A DNA stretch of 64,000 nucleotides from an uncultured Actinomycetota bacterium (GCA_963769435.1 CAVYLN010000002.1:29098-93097), one strand, 5' to 3'. Counted from the first letter of the stretch, positions 46,531-56,849 are shown. Translations and numbers: made by a program. The notes: a model not told the origin generated them from the letters alone.

Positions 46531-47886
46531 TCAGGTAGTCGTGGGGACGTGGGGACATTCGCTGTCCACGGTCTTTGGCCGGGTGTGAAGGCTCCCGTCC
46601 CACGAGACGACGGCGATATCCGAACCGGCATCTGCCAGGTACGCGGGATGGTCACCCGCGTACCAGTCGGAGACCGCGCTGACCGTGAGGCCGTCGACAT
46701 CGACCACGGAACCGATGCTGAACAGGGACGCGGTCTCCGCGATGGCTTCGTGCCCCCCAGCGCGGATCACCACGGGAACGCCGGCCGCCAGCGCCCGCGC
46801 GGTGATCGACACCGCAACGTTGTCCAACTCGTTACTAGCGACGGCGACCACCGCCAGGCTCTTGTCCACGTTGAGTTTCTGCATCGTCCGGCGCATCCCA
46901 CCGTCCCCGATGAGAACCGGGATATCGGCAGCGCGCGCGATGGGAAGGTTGGGGCAGGCGTGCGACCTTTCCAGAGCGATGACCGCCAGACCCTGTGCTT
47001 TGAGTTCCTGGCACAGGCGGAACCCAACCTGCCCCAGCCCCACCACGATGACGTGTCCGGAGCGTGGCATGGCGCGACGGCCCAAGAGCCCGACGTATCG
47101 ACCGGAGAGGAGATGTTCCACCATCCCCGCGGTGAACACGGCAAGGAAGATGATGGCGGCCAGCATCGCTGCGATGGTGAAGACCTGGTACCAGGGGTAT
47201 CCCTCGGTGTCGGGCGCTGGCCCCACCGTCGAGAGGACGGCCACCGCCTCGGACGCTGAGGTCAGGAAACTCTTGTGCTTGAAGGCCATCAGCAGGAACG
47301 TGTCGATGACAATGATCGCGAGCATCCCGATCAGTCCCGTGAGCAGAATCGCCGAGTTGCCGTCGTGCGGGCGCAACTGCCCCCTGAGGAGGCCGATCAG
47401 TCCTGATCGACGCATACGGTCGGGGACCTGGAATGAACCCACCTCAAGGAAGCCGTTCGACTTGCGCACCGCACTTCGCCTGTTGTCGCCTGGACCGCCT
47501 CCCCCCGCTGAGCCTCCCAAGGCGGGACCGATGGCCAGCACCTGTGGCCCCATGACGGCTCCCAGCAGAGTGGGCAGTGCGGCGTCAGCTGGAGAGATGA
47601 TCGTCACGCCCGGAACCACGGCGCGGATCTGCTGGGCGGCGGTCCGGTCGAAGAGTGCGACGTAGATTCGCAAACCAGGCCTGATGTGCTCGACCGCCAG
47701 TACATAACGAATCGCCTCGGTGTCGTCATGCAACAGGACCGCCACAGCATCTATCTGCTGGCCGAGCGCGGCCGCCAGTTCCTTGTCTCCGGCTCTGCGA
47801 AGATGGTTGACGGCGTGCCCCTCCGCAGTCAGTTGCCGGCAGGCACGACCCGCAAGTGACCCATCGCCGATCACGACCAGAGACAT
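46531..47886 (-). CDS. RCK(TrkA-N) - 2TM pore - RCK channel protein with a non-canonical selectivity filter
   Basis: MSLVVIGDGSLAGR (Rossmann), two TM segments flanking LSTVGPAPD, then HVIVVGLGQVGFRL (second Rossmann). The ORF runs to 48060 but that would overlap the ABC ATPase gene. I prefer the Met at 47886. Confidence 0.7.
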   Translation of the reverse strand: MSLVVIGDGSLAGRACRQLTAEGHAVNHLRRAGDKELAAALGQQIDAVAVLLHDDTEAIRYVLAVEHIRPGLRIYVALFDRTAAQQIRAVVPGVTIISPADAALPTLLGAVMGPQVLAIGPALGGSAGGGGPGDNRRSAVRKSNGFLEVGSFQVPDRMRRSGLIGLLRGQLRPHDGNSAILLTGLIGMLAIIVIDTFLLMAFKHKSFLTSASEAVAVLSTVGPAPDTEGYPWYQVFTIAAMLAAIIFLAVFTAGMVEHLLSGRYVGLLGRRAMPRSGHVIVVGLGQVGFRLCQELKAQGLAVIALERSHACPNLPIARAADIPVLIGDGGMRRTMQKLNVDKSLAVVAVASNELDNVAVSITARALAAGVPVVIRAGGHEAIAETASLFSIGSVVDVDGLTVSAVSDWYAGDHPAYLADAGSDIAVVSWDGSLHTRPKTVDSECPHVPTTT

Positions 47887-47944
47887 GCGCCCATTGTGGT
47901 GTCTCGCGCCCAGACAGTGGGGCGAATTGCCGACGAGCGCTCGA

Positions 47945-48724
47945 TCAGAGGACCTTGCCGAGGAAGTCCTGGAAACGTTTGCTCTTCGGGTTCGCCAGGA
48001 TCTCGGTCGGTTCGCCAATCTCCGCCACGACGCCCTGGTCGATGAACGCCAGGATGTCACCGGCCTCGCGGGCGAACCCGATCTCGTGGGTGACCACGAC
48101 CATCGTCATGCCGCTCTTGGCCAGTTGCTGCATGACCTCCAGCACCTCACCCACCAACTCGGGGTCGAGGGCCGATGTCGGCTCGTCGAACAGCATCAGG
48201 TCCGGATCCATCGCGAGCGCCCGGGCGATCGCGACCCGCTGTTGCTGACCACCGGACAATTGCGAAGGGTAGCTGTCACCACGGTCGCCAAGACCGACCT
48301 TGCTCAGCAGTTCGATGGCCCGCTGTTTGGCAACCTTGCGGTTGTCGCGCCGAACCACCACCGGCCCCGCCATCACATTCTCGGCAGCCGTCTTGTGCGG
48401 GAACAGATTGAAGCGCTGGAACACCATTCCGATGGACCGACGCTGTGCGGCCACCTCTCTGTCCCGCATCTCGTACAGCTTGCCGGAGCGCTGGTGGTAT
48501 CCGATCAGTTCCCCATCCACCGAAAGTCTGCCGGAATCGATCTTCTCCAGGTGGTTGATGCAGCGCAGGAACGTGGACTTGCCGCCCCCGGACGGGCCGA
48601 CGATGCACGCGACCTCTCCCGCTCGGACCTCGAGGTCGATGCCTCGAAGTACCTCATTGCGGCCATACGCCTTGTGTACGTTCTCGGCCAGTACTTTGAT
48701 CGGCTTGTCCTGGGAGGTGGTCAT
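47945..48724 (-). CDS. amino-acid ABC transporter ATP-binding protein
   Basis: [24 protein letters not shown] and [10 protein letters not shown] motifs. Confidence 0.9.
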   Translation of the reverse strand: MTTSQDKPIKVLAENVHKAYGRNEVLRGIDLEVRAGEVACIVGPSGGGKSTFLRCINHLEKIDSGRLSVDGELIGYHQRSGKLYEMRDREVAAQRRSIGMVFQRFNLFPHKTAAENVMAGPVVVRRDNRKVAKQRAIELLSKVGLGDRGDSYPSQLSGGQQQRVAIARALAMDPDLMLFDEPTSALDPELVGEVLEVMQQLAKSGMTMVVVTHEIGFAREAGDILAFIDQGVVAEIGEPTEILANPKSKRFQDFLGKVL

Positions 48725-49653
48725 GCTGCACTTCCAATCCCGAAGCGACGCTTGATCTTCTGGATGGGGGTGGGCGGCAGGTTCCGCATGGCGCCCTTCG
48801 CGTAATAGCGCTCGATGTAGTACTGCCCCACCATGAGCACACTGGTCATCGCCAGGTACCAGATGCTGGCCATGATGGCCATCGGGAACGGCTGGAACAG
48901 ACGGTTGCCCACAGCGCTGGCCTGGAAGAACAACTCCGTGGTCAGAGGTATCGCGATCACCAACGAGGTCGTCTTAAGCATCGAGATGGTTTCGTTGCCG
49001 GTCGGAGGGACGATGACCCGCATGGCCTGCGGCAACACGATGTGGCGCAGTGTCTGCAGTCTGCTGAAGCCGAGGGCGGTCGCGGCCTCCTCCTGGCCCT
49101 CGTCCACGCTCAGGATTCCGGCCCGCACGATCTCTGCCATGTAGGCGGCCTCGTTGAGACCCAGACCCAGCAGCGCCGCCACGAAAGCTGGGATCAGCGT
49201 CTTGGTGTCGAAGGTCAAGAACTCGGGACCGAAGGGAATGCCTACCGAGATGGTTGTGTACAGGGCGATGACGTTGGCCCACAGGAACAACTGCACATAG
49301 ACCGGTGTCCCACGGAAAGCCCAGACGAACACCCACGCGCTGCCGCTCATCACCGGGTTCGGTGACAACCGCATGATCGCCAACAGCACACCGAGCGCAA
49401 GCCCGATGATCATCGACAGGAAGGTCAGCAGGATCGTGACCCCGACGCCCTTGACGATCGGCGGCGCGAAGATCCACTCACCGATGAGAGTCCAGCCCCA
49501 GTTGGGGTTGGTCAACAGACTGTGTACCAGCATGGCCGCGAAGACGGCCACGATGGCCACCCCGACCCAACGGCCGGGGTGGCGCACCGGTACGGCTTCG
49601 ATCGGCGGCTTCTCGCGCGTCTGCGGCTGCTCCGTGGGATCAGCTGTGCTCAT
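48721..49653 (-). CDS. amino-acid ABC transporter permease
   Basis: 310 aa, polytopic, with the EAA-loop-like [22 protein letters not shown]. 4-nt overlap with the ATPase gene. Confidence 0.9.
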   Translation of the reverse strand: MSTADPTEQPQTREKPPIEAVPVRHPGRWVGVAIVAVFAAMLVHSLLTNPNWGWTLIGEWIFAPPIVKGVGVTILLTFLSMIIGLALGVLLAIMRLSPNPVMSGSAWVFVWAFRGTPVYVQLFLWANVIALYTTISVGIPFGPEFLTFDTKTLIPAFVAALLGLGLNEAAYMAEIVRAGILSVDEGQEEAATALGFSRLQTLRHIVLPQAMRVIVPPTGNETISMLKTTSLVIAIPLTTELFFQASAVGNRLFQPFPMAIMASIWYLAMTSVLMVGQYYIERYYAKGAMRNLPPTPIQKIKRRFGIGSAA

Positions 49654-49694
49654 CGCGAAGCCTCTTCTCTGTCAGGACTGGTGGGTCGGACTGA

Positions 49695-50608
49695 TCAGCC
49701 TTCGACTGCGGGGTTCACCTCTGAGGTCGTGATGGCACCGTTGCCCACGCCCCACTCGTCGAGGATCTGCATGTAGGTTCCGTCGTCGATCAGCGACTGC
49801 ACGGCCCCTTGAACGGCGGTGGCGAACTCGGTCTCCTCCTTGGGCACGACGATCCCGTAGGGAGCCGTCCCGTAGATCTCGCCGAGTTGCTCGAGCTGCG
49901 GCGCCTGCTGGATCGCGTACGCGACGACGGGGCTGTCAGCCAGCATCGCGTCGGCCTTGCCGCTCACAACGGCAGTAGTGGCCTCGGACTGCAGCGCGTA
50001 CTGCTGGATGTCGATGGCGGCTTGGCCCTCGGCCTCACAGGTCTTGCTCTTGTCCTGGATGTCGGGGACCTGCACGGTGGCCTTCTGGACCGCGACGGTC
50101 TTGCCGCACGCGTTGTCGATCTCGACGCCTGCCGGGGTTGCCGCTCGGCAACGGCCCATCCGGTGCCCGCGTCGAAGTAGCTGATCATGTTGACCTGCTC
50201 CAGGCGATCCGGGTTGATGGTGAACGACGACATCGAGGCCGGCCACTTGCCGTTCTGGACGCCCACGATCAGCGAGTCGAAGCCCGCGTTCTCGAAGGAC
50301 CCCTCGAGACCGAGCTTGGCCGCGATCGCCTTGCCCAGGTCGACGTCGAAACCGACGATCGTGCTGCCGTCGTCAGCGAAGAACTCGCTGGGGGCGTAGC
50401 TGGCGTCGGTGCCGAACGTCAACTTGCCGGTCGACTTGATGGCTTCAGGGACCTGCGCGGCCAGGGCGTCGTCGACCGTGACCGACGGAGCCCCGCTCGG
50501 CGGGGCGGACGTGTCGCCCGACCCCGAATCGCCACCACAGGCCGAAAGTGCAAGAGCACCGGCGAGGACGGCAACAGCCACCCGGCCGCTGCGAAGAAAT
50601 GAGGACAT
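49695..50608 (-). pseudogene. ABC transporter amino-acid-binding lipoprotein, one frameshift
   Basis: The N-terminal part (MSSFLRSGRVAVAVLAGALALSACGG...GFDVDLGKAIAAKLG...YFDAGTGWAVAE) is ORF 49964-50620. The C-terminal part (TPAGVEIDNACGKTVAVQKATVQ...GKADAMLADSPV...PYGIVVPKE) is ORF 49695-50246. The junction is near 50140. Confidence 0.75.
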
Positions 50609-50720
50609 GGAAACTCCCAACGAAGAAGACTAGGGACCTACCATGGCACAAATCTGTAGGTTCATACGTGCGTTGGCGTGTGTTTTGCCCCAGATTCTGT
50701 GCAGGTGGCCCTCGGCAGCC

Positions 50721-51335
50721 TCACTGGCCCGGGGCTGGGACAGGCAACCCGGCGGCGTTCCACAGTTCGATGACATGTTGTCTGCGTTCGAACCCCAGCA
50801 TCGACACAGTGCCCGTGTTCAAGGCGAACAATCGCCCGTCACGGGGATCCAGATCCAGCCAGGTGGCCGTCAGGATCCTCAACAGGTGTCCGTGCGCCAC
50901 CAGGGCAACATTTTCGCCTCGGTCCAGATACGGTCCACACCTCTCGATCACCCGTCGGCAGCGGACAGCCACATCCTCGGGCTGCTCGCCCGGCGTGCTG
51001 CCGGGCGGGACGTGTGCATTCCAGATCACCCAGTCCGGATCCCCCGTGTCCTGGCGGATCTGGCTGGTCGTGCGGCCCTCGAAACCGCCGTAGTCCCACT
51101 CCAGAAGGTCTTCGGAGAACACGTCCGGACGCAGCCCGGCCAACTGCGCCGTGTCGCGTGCGCGTCGCAGGGGACTGCAGACCACGAGACCGAACTGGTG
51201 ACCGGCCAGATGGGGGGCGAGCGCCCGCGCTGCTGCCCGGCCGTTCTCCGTGAGGGCGATGTCGGTGCGACCCGTGTGCTGACCCGACACGCTCCACGCT
51301 GTCTCGCCGTGCCTGAGTATCACAATGCCCGCCAC
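50721..51335 (-). CDS. histidine phosphatase (phosphoglycerate-mutase-like) family protein
   Basis: IVILRHGETAWSVSGQHTGRTDIALTENG (RHG motif) and VAHGHLLR. Confidence 0.85.
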   Translation of the reverse strand: MAGIVILRHGETAWSVSGQHTGRTDIALTENGRAAARALAPHLAGHQFGLVVCSPLRRARDTAQLAGLRPDVFSEDLLEWDYGGFEGRTTSQIRQDTGDPDWVIWNAHVPPGSTPGEQPEDVAVRCRRVIERCGPYLDRGENVALVAHGHLLRILTATWLDLDPRDGRLFALNTGTVSMLGFERRQHVIELWNAAGLPVPAPGQ

Positions 51336-51389
51336 GAGGGTCTACTGTGCCACCTATGTCAAAGACGCCGCCTGCCTTGGAGATCTGAC

Positions 51390-52808
51390 ATGACCGCCTC
51401 CGACCCGACCGCGACGACCGATCAGGCCGAGCCCACCAAAGCACTCACCCTGTGGCCCGCCACGGCGCTGGTCACCGGCACCATCATCGGCGCGGGCATC
51501 TTCACGCAGCCGTCGTATCTCGCGCAGTTCGGACCGATCAGCCTGCTCGGCTTCGCGATCACAGCTTTCGGCAGTCTGATGCTCGCGCTCGTCTTCTCAT
51601 CTCTGGCACGCCGCACTCCCGATGTCGGTGGACCTTACGCCTTCTCGCGGCAGGGATTCGGGGACTTCATCGGATTCCAGTCGGCATGGACGTACTGGGT
51701 CGGCGCATGGGTGGGGGTGGGGGCCATCGCCTCCTCACTCGTCGTGTACCTGGGCGTCCTGATCCCGGCCGTCACGGACAGCAAACTCCTCAGCACGCTG
51801 GTGGCGGTGGGAGCGATCGCCGCCCTCACCTTCGTGAACACGAACGGCGTCGTGACGGGCGGATTCGTGTCGCTGATCCTGACGATCCTGAAGGTGGTGC
51901 CCCTGCTGCTGATCGGCACGCTGGGCTTCCTGGCCTTCGACACGGCGAACCTCGGCCCGTTCAACGCGTCCTCCCTGCCCGCATTGGAAGTGATCACAGC
52001 GGTCATGGCCTACACGCTCTTCTCGTTCATCGGGATCGAGGCCGCCACGGTCCCGGCCGGAGACGTCCACGAACCGGACAAGACCATCCCGCGGGCCACC
52101 GTCATCGGCACACTCGCGGCGGCGGCCGTCTATCTCCTGAGCACGACCGCGGTGTTCGGAGCGGTGGAACGTTCCCAGTTGGCCGATACCGACGCGGCGT
52201 TCTCCCTGGCTGCGCAGAACATGTTCGGGTCGTGGGCCGGCGATGCGGTGGCCGTGGTCGCGGTCATCTCGTGTCTGGGGGCGATGAACGGTCTTCTGCT
52301 CCTCTCCGGGCAGATCCCGATGGCCGCAGAGTTCGATGGCTTGGCGCCCAAGGTCTTCGGCAAACTCAACATCCGCCATGCACCGGGCACGGGACTGATC
52401 ATCAGCGGCGTCCTCGCCTCCGGGATCCTGGCCCTTTCGTTCTCGGGCGGAGGTCTCGGGGATGCTGTGGCACAGCTCGTGCTTGTGTCCGCGGTCGCGA
52501 CCATGGTCTCCTACGCGTTCAGCGCGGGTGCGGAGATCAAGTGGCTCGCACTGGACCGCGGCAAAGTCCCCGTGGCGCACATCGCCCGCAAGATGACGAT
52601 CGCGATCCTGGCGCTGGCATTCACGGTCCTTGCGTTCTACGGCGGTGGCGTGCAGGAGATCTACTGGCTGTGGATGTTGATCATTCTTGGTGTTCCCCTC
52701 TACATCTACATCCTGTGGCGCAGGGCCAGCCATGGTGAGCCGATCGGTGGCGAGGAGCCTCCGCACCCGGTCCCGACCCCGGGCACCGATCAGGAGGTCA
52801 ACACGTAA
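51390..52808 (+). CDS. APC-superfamily amino-acid permease
   Basis: 472 aa from the ATG at 51390 (MTASDPTATTDQAEPTKALTLWPATALVTGTIIGAGIF), about 12 TM segments. The track ORF (from 50643) has a spurious 5' extension antisense to the phosphatase gene. Confidence 0.85.
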   Translation: MTASDPTATTDQAEPTKALTLWPATALVTGTIIGAGIFTQPSYLAQFGPISLLGFAITAFGSLMLALVFSSLARRTPDVGGPYAFSRQGFGDFIGFQSAWTYWVGAWVGVGAIASSLVVYLGVLIPAVTDSKLLSTLVAVGAIAALTFVNTNGVVTGGFVSLILTILKVVPLLLIGTLGFLAFDTANLGPFNASSLPALEVITAVMAYTLFSFIGIEAATVPAGDVHEPDKTIPRATVIGTLAAAAVYLLSTTAVFGAVERSQLADTDAAFSLAAQNMFGSWAGDAVAVVAVISCLGAMNGLLLLSGQIPMAAEFDGLAPKVFGKLNIRHAPGTGLIISGVLASGILALSFSGGGLGDAVAQLVLVSAVATMVSYAFSAGAEIKWLALDRGKVPVAHIARKMTIAILALAFTVLAFYGGGVQEIYWLWMLIILGVPLYIYILWRRASHGEPIGGEEPPHPVPTPGTDQEVNT

Positions 52809-53578
52809 CAGGCGACAGCCGCGGCGGCTGCCACGTTGAGCGAGTCCACCCCGTGGGACATCGGGATACTCACCATCACGTCGGTCGCCGCACGCGCCTG
52901 TTCGGACAACCCCGGCCCTTCCGTGCCCACCATGAGCAGAGTGGGTCCCGTCGGGCGCCACTGTCGCAGCGAGAGTCCGGCGGCCGGATCCATCGCCACC
53001 GTGGTCATTCCGGCCTGACGCGCCCGCGCGAGCGCGATCCCGGTGTCATCGGCAACGGCCCACGGCATGCTGAACACCGCGCCCATCGACGTCTTCACGC
53101 TGCGCCGGTACCAGGGGTCCGCACAGCGGCGCGTCACCACGATCGCATCGACTCCAAGTCCGGCCGCCGACCGGAACACCGCACCGACGTTGGTGTGGTC
53201 CACGAGGTCCTCGAGCAGAATCGCTGTCCGCGCTGCTCGCAGGACGTCGCCGACGGCAGGGCTCGGTGGGCGTTCGAACGTTGCCAGTGCGCCGCGATGC
53301 AACCTGAAGCCGGTGATCCGCTGGAGGACGTCCGGAGGCGCCAGGAACACATCAGCGTGCGCGGGAACCTGTGGCTGCAGCGCGGGCCACCATTTGGGCT
53401 CCATGAGGGCACTGATCATGTGCAGGCCCGCCTGCAGCGCACGGACGATGACCTTCTCACCCTCGGCCAGGAATATGCCCGCGGCCGGCTCACTCACCAT
53501 GCGCAACTGCATGTCGGTCAGCCGGGTGAAGTGATCCAAGCGAGGGTCGTCCAACGCCTCGACGTGGGACACGGGCAT
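52790..53578 (-). CDS. TrmH/SpoU-family RNA 2'-O-methyltransferase
   Basis: ILLEDLVDHTNVGAVFRSAAGLGVD...LLMVGTEGPGLS...IPMSHGVDSLNVAAAAAVACY. I prefer the Met at 53578, since the ORF extension to 53821 overlaps the next gene. Confidence 0.8.
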   Translation of the reverse strand: MPVSHVEALDDPRLDHFTRLTDMQLRMVSEPAAGIFLAEGEKVIVRALQAGLHMISALMEPKWWPALQPQVPAHADVFLAPPDVLQRITGFRLHRGALATFERPPSPAVGDVLRAARTAILLEDLVDHTNVGAVFRSAAGLGVDAIVVTRRCADPWYRRSVKTSMGAVFSMPWAVADDTGIALARARQAGMTTVAMDPAAGLSLRQWRPTGPTLLMVGTEGPGLSEQARAATDVMVSIPMSHGVDSLNVAAAAAVACYVLTS

Positions 53579-53690
53579 CACAGCCGCCGAGGTCGAGTCT
53601 GGGCGGCCACACCGGGCGCACAGCCGGACAGGAGTGCCGGACGAGGACACCGGCGCAAGTGTGGGAGCGGCACGGCCGCCGAGCGGACTG

Positions 53691-54476
53691 TCATCCTGCC
53701 GCGCGCGCTGACCACCGGAGGCCGTGCCGCTCAACCTCGATATCAAGCCCGAACGTGTCCGAAACGCGCTCGGAGGTGAGGACCTCGTCGAGCGGGCCCG
53801 TGGCGACGACCTTGCCGTCACGCAACAACAGGACGTGACTGGTCTGTTGCGGTATCTCCTCCACGTGGTGGGTCACCATGACCACGGTCGGCGCGAACGG
53901 ATCCTCCGCCAGGGCATCGATGCGCTGCAGGAGATCTTCGCGGCCGGCCAGATCCAGTCCTGCCGCGGGTTCGTCGAGTAGCAGCAGTTCCGGATCCGCC
54001 ATCAGCGCCCGTGCGATCGTCGCACGCTTGCGTTCACCCTCGCTCAAGGTCCCGAAACGGCGATCAGCGAGCTCCGCGAGTCCCCACGCGGCCAGGAGTT
54101 CGTCGGCGCGTGACTCATCCGCGGAGCCGTATGCCTCACGCCACCGTCCCAGCACCGCCCACGCCGAGGTCATGACCACATCGCGCACCCGCTCGGAATC
54201 GGGGACCTGCGACGCCAGCGCCGAACTCGCCAGACCGATCCGTGGCCGTACCTCGAACACGTCCACCCCACCGAGCCGCTCGTCCAGGACCTCCGCCGTG
54301 CCGGAACTCGGGTGGATCAAGGTCGCGGCGATCTGCAGCACCGTCGTCTTCCCAGCGCCGTTGGGGCCGAGCACCACCCAGTTCTCACCCTCGGCCACAG
54401 CCCAGTCGACGCCGTCCAGGATCCTCTTGCCGGATCGGGTCACGCAAACATCCACGAGGTTGATGACGTCCGACAC
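53691..54476 (-). CDS. ABC transporter ATP-binding protein (no adjacent permease)
   Basis: GPNGAGKTT, LSEGERKRATIARAL and LLLDEPAAGLD motifs. Confidence 0.85.
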   Translation of the reverse strand: MSDVINLVDVCVTRSGKRILDGVDWAVAEGENWVVLGPNGAGKTTVLQIAATLIHPSSGTAEVLDERLGGVDVFEVRPRIGLASSALASQVPDSERVRDVVMTSAWAVLGRWREAYGSADESRADELLAAWGLAELADRRFGTLSEGERKRATIARALMADPELLLLDEPAAGLDLAGREDLLQRIDALAEDPFAPTVVMVTHHVEEIPQQTSHVLLLRDGKVVATGPLDEVLTSERVSDTFGLDIEVERHGLRWSARAAG

Positions 54477-54502
54477 GACACATAACCCTACGCTGGTGAG
54501 CC

Positions 54503-55150
54503 ATGACAGTCGTTCCGGTGGCGTTCCAACTCGCCAGTTGGATCTCCGCCTGGTGGCGGGGCGTCGTCGGTGGGGACGACATGGTGAGCCTGATGGGGTC
54601 GGTGGACCTGCCGACCTTGCGGGAGCTGCGCGATGGCACCCTCGGGCTCAGCGCCTTCTGCCCGGCGTTGACGGTCGCTGTCCTACCCGGTCCGAAGCCG
54701 ACCACCGAGGCCGCTGTGGAGGCCGGTCAGGCGGTGGTGCTGCACCGGACCGTGGGTCACTCCACGGTGCTCGTACCGGATGGCACCGGCTGGGCGTTCC
54801 TGGAGGCGGAACCGTCGAGGCCGCCCGCCATGTCGATAGAGCAGGCCGGAGCCGAACTCGCGCAGGCAGTGGTCGCGGCAGAACACGAGTTGCGCGAGAC
54901 CGGCCAGCGCGTATCGGCGGAACCCCGGCCTGCTGGCATCCGGTCCCTGCCCCCGGATGCGGACGGAGCGCGCCGGGCCCTGCTCACGCGCGCCGTCCGC
55001 GTGTGGACCGCCGTGGAGGCGGTCGACGCCTCCCGACGTGGGCCCCTGTTGGACGACGTTCGCGCGGCTGCAGCGCGAGCCACACTCGCCTCCTACCTGG
55101 AGCAGATGGCAGCCACACAGCACAGATCGTCCGATCGGAGGTACGCGTGA
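54503..55150 (+). CDS. hypothetical protein
   Basis: 215-aa ORF with a GC3-rich coding look. Translationally coupled (GTGA) to serB. No motif recognised. Confidence 0.55.
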   Translation: MTVVPVAFQLASWISAWWRGVVGGDDMVSLMGSVDLPTLRELRDGTLGLSAFCPALTVAVLPGPKPTTEAAVEAGQAVVLHRTVGHSTVLVPDGTGWAFLEAEPSRPPAMSIEQAGAELAQAVVAAEHELRETGQRVSAEPRPAGIRSLPPDADGARRALLTRAVRVWTAVEAVDASRRGPLLDDVRAAAARATLASYLEQMAATQHRSSDRRYA

Positions 55151-56319
55151 ACACAACGTTGACCTTCACGGGCTGGGACAGGCCCGGCATCACCGCGGAA
55201 CTCCTCAGTGGCCTCGGGGACGACGTCGTGGTGCGGGACATAGAACAACTTGTGGTCCAGGGGCGGTTGGTCCTCTCGGTCGCCGTGGACACGGAGTCCG
55301 TGGACGGTGTACGTGCGCTGGCAGCCAGATTGGACATGGAACTCGATGTGACATCGGAGTGTGCCGCGGTCGTGGACCGCAAGTCGGCGACCGCCATCAC
55401 GGTTCTCATGTCCCAGACCCTTCACGCCGCCGACCTGACCCGGATCACCGAGGAGATCGCCCGGCGCGGGGGCAACATCGAGCGGATCGTCAGGACCGCC
55501 GAATATCCGGTCACAGCGATCGAGGTCACGGTCAGCGGCGTGGACTCGATATCCCTCAAGCAGGCACTCGCCCCTATCTCGACCCAACTGGGTGTGGATG
55601 TGGCCGTGCAGTCCGCCGACATCATCCGCCAAGGCGCCCGGCTCGTGGTGATGGACGTCGACTCGACCCTCATCCAGGACGAGGTGATCGATCTGTTGGC
55701 CAGGCAGGCAGGATGTGAGGCTGCCGTCGCAGAGGTCACCGAGCGCGCGATGGCCGGTGACCTGGACTTCTCGCAATCGCTGCGCGAACGTGTGGCCGCG
55801 CTGGCTGGGACCCCGGAGTCCGCGTTGGCGGTGGTTCGCGACCAGGTACGCCTCACCCCGGGCGCCCGGACTCTGTGCAGGACCCTGAACTCGCTCGGAT
55901 ACCGTCTCGCGCTGGTCTCCGGTGGTTTCAGCGAGATCGTGGGTCCGCTGGCCGCTGAACTGGGCGTGCATCGCTTCCGCGCCAACAGCCTGGAAGTGAG
56001 CGACGGGGTGCTGACTGGTCGAGTGCTGCCACCGATCGTCGACCGGGCGGGCAAGGCGCAGGCTCTCACCGAGTTCGCCGACGAGTTCGGTTTCGCGCTC
56101 TCCCGCACCGTGGCGATCGGGGATGGGGCCAACGACCTGGACATGCTCGCCGCCGCAGGGCTCGGCGTCGCTTTCAACGCGAAGCCAGCAGTCGCCGCAG
56201 CGGCCGACGCCTCTGTCACCGCGCCATATCTGGACTCCGTGCTCTACCTGCTGGGGATCACCCGCGGTCAGGTGGAGGCGCTGAACCGATCAGCCACGGG
56301 CGATCTCGAACGCGAGTAG
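55147..56319 (+). CDS. serB: phosphoserine phosphatase with two N-terminal ACT domains
   Basis: GTG at 55147. LTFTGWDRPGITAELL (ACT domain), then the HAD motifs VMDVDSTLI, SGGF and GDGANDL. Confidence 0.9.
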   Translation: MNTTLTFTGWDRPGITAELLSGLGDDVVVRDIEQLVVQGRLVLSVAVDTESVDGVRALAARLDMELDVTSECAAVVDRKSATAITVLMSQTLHAADLTRITEEIARRGGNIERIVRTAEYPVTAIEVTVSGVDSISLKQALAPISTQLGVDVAVQSADIIRQGARLVVMDVDSTLIQDEVIDLLARQAGCEAAVAEVTERAMAGDLDFSQSLRERVAALAGTPESALAVVRDQVRLTPGARTLCRTLNSLGYRLALVSGGFSEIVGPLAAELGVHRFRANSLEVSDGVLTGRVLPPIVDRAGKAQALTEFADEFGFALSRTVAIGDGANDLDMLAAAGLGVAFNAKPAVAAAADASVTAPYLDSVLYLLGITRGQVEALNRSATGDLERE

Positions 56320-56784
56320 ATCGACTGCGCCGTAGCCCCATCGCGACAGCGGACGCTCGTCGGCGAGCACAGCGAACGCCGCGGTCGGGAACTTCGCCAT
56401 CATGGCCCGGTACATCGGGCTCTCGGTGTCGCGGGCGAGCCGTTCGGCAAGGATCTCGATCCCGGGGTTGTGCGCGACGATCACCACGGAATCCGCCTCG
56501 AGGTCACGGATTCGCCGGAGCATCGCATCCGCGGACGCCAGATACAGACCTGAGACCGACTCGGTCCGGCCCACAGCCAGGTGTTGCGCGGCCGCGGCCC
56601 ACGTCTGCTGCGCGCGCGTCGCCGTGGACACCAGGGCCACATCCACGCCACCGACCAGGTCCGCGATCATGTGTCCGGCCACGGGCGCGTCGCGACGTCC
56701 ACGTGCGTTGAGCGGGCGGTCGTGGTCAGCCACGCCGGCCGGATAGGAACTCTTTGCGTGGCGCAGCAGGACCAAGGAAGGCAT
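56290..56784 (-). CDS. SixA-like histidine phosphatase family protein
   Basis: LVLLRHAKSSYPAGVADHDRPLNARG and VAHNPG. Confidence 0.8.
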   Translation of the reverse strand: MPSLVLLRHAKSSYPAGVADHDRPLNARGRRDAPVAGHMIADLVGGVDVALVSTATRAQQTWAAAAQHLAVGRTESVSGLYLASADAMLRRIRDLEADSVVIVAHNPGIEILAERLARDTESPMYRAMMAKFPTAAFAVLADERPLSRWGYGAVDLLAFEIARG

Positions 56785-56849
56785 GAAGCGAATTGTGCCA
56801 GCGCGGGCAGTCGTGCGTCAGAGCGGACCCAACCCGTAACGTTGCCCGC

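Noticed and set aside
50643-51389. 5' extension making the permease ORF 721 aa.
   Set aside because: The extension is antisense to the well-supported histidine phosphatase gene and has junk-like composition. A plausible permease N-terminus begins at the in-frame ATG at 51390.
53579-53821. N-terminal extension of the TrmH-family ORF that overlaps the ABC ATPase gene by 131 nt.
   Set aside because: The extension is Ser/Arg/Pro-rich junk. The conserved methyltransferase sequence starts at the Met at 53578.
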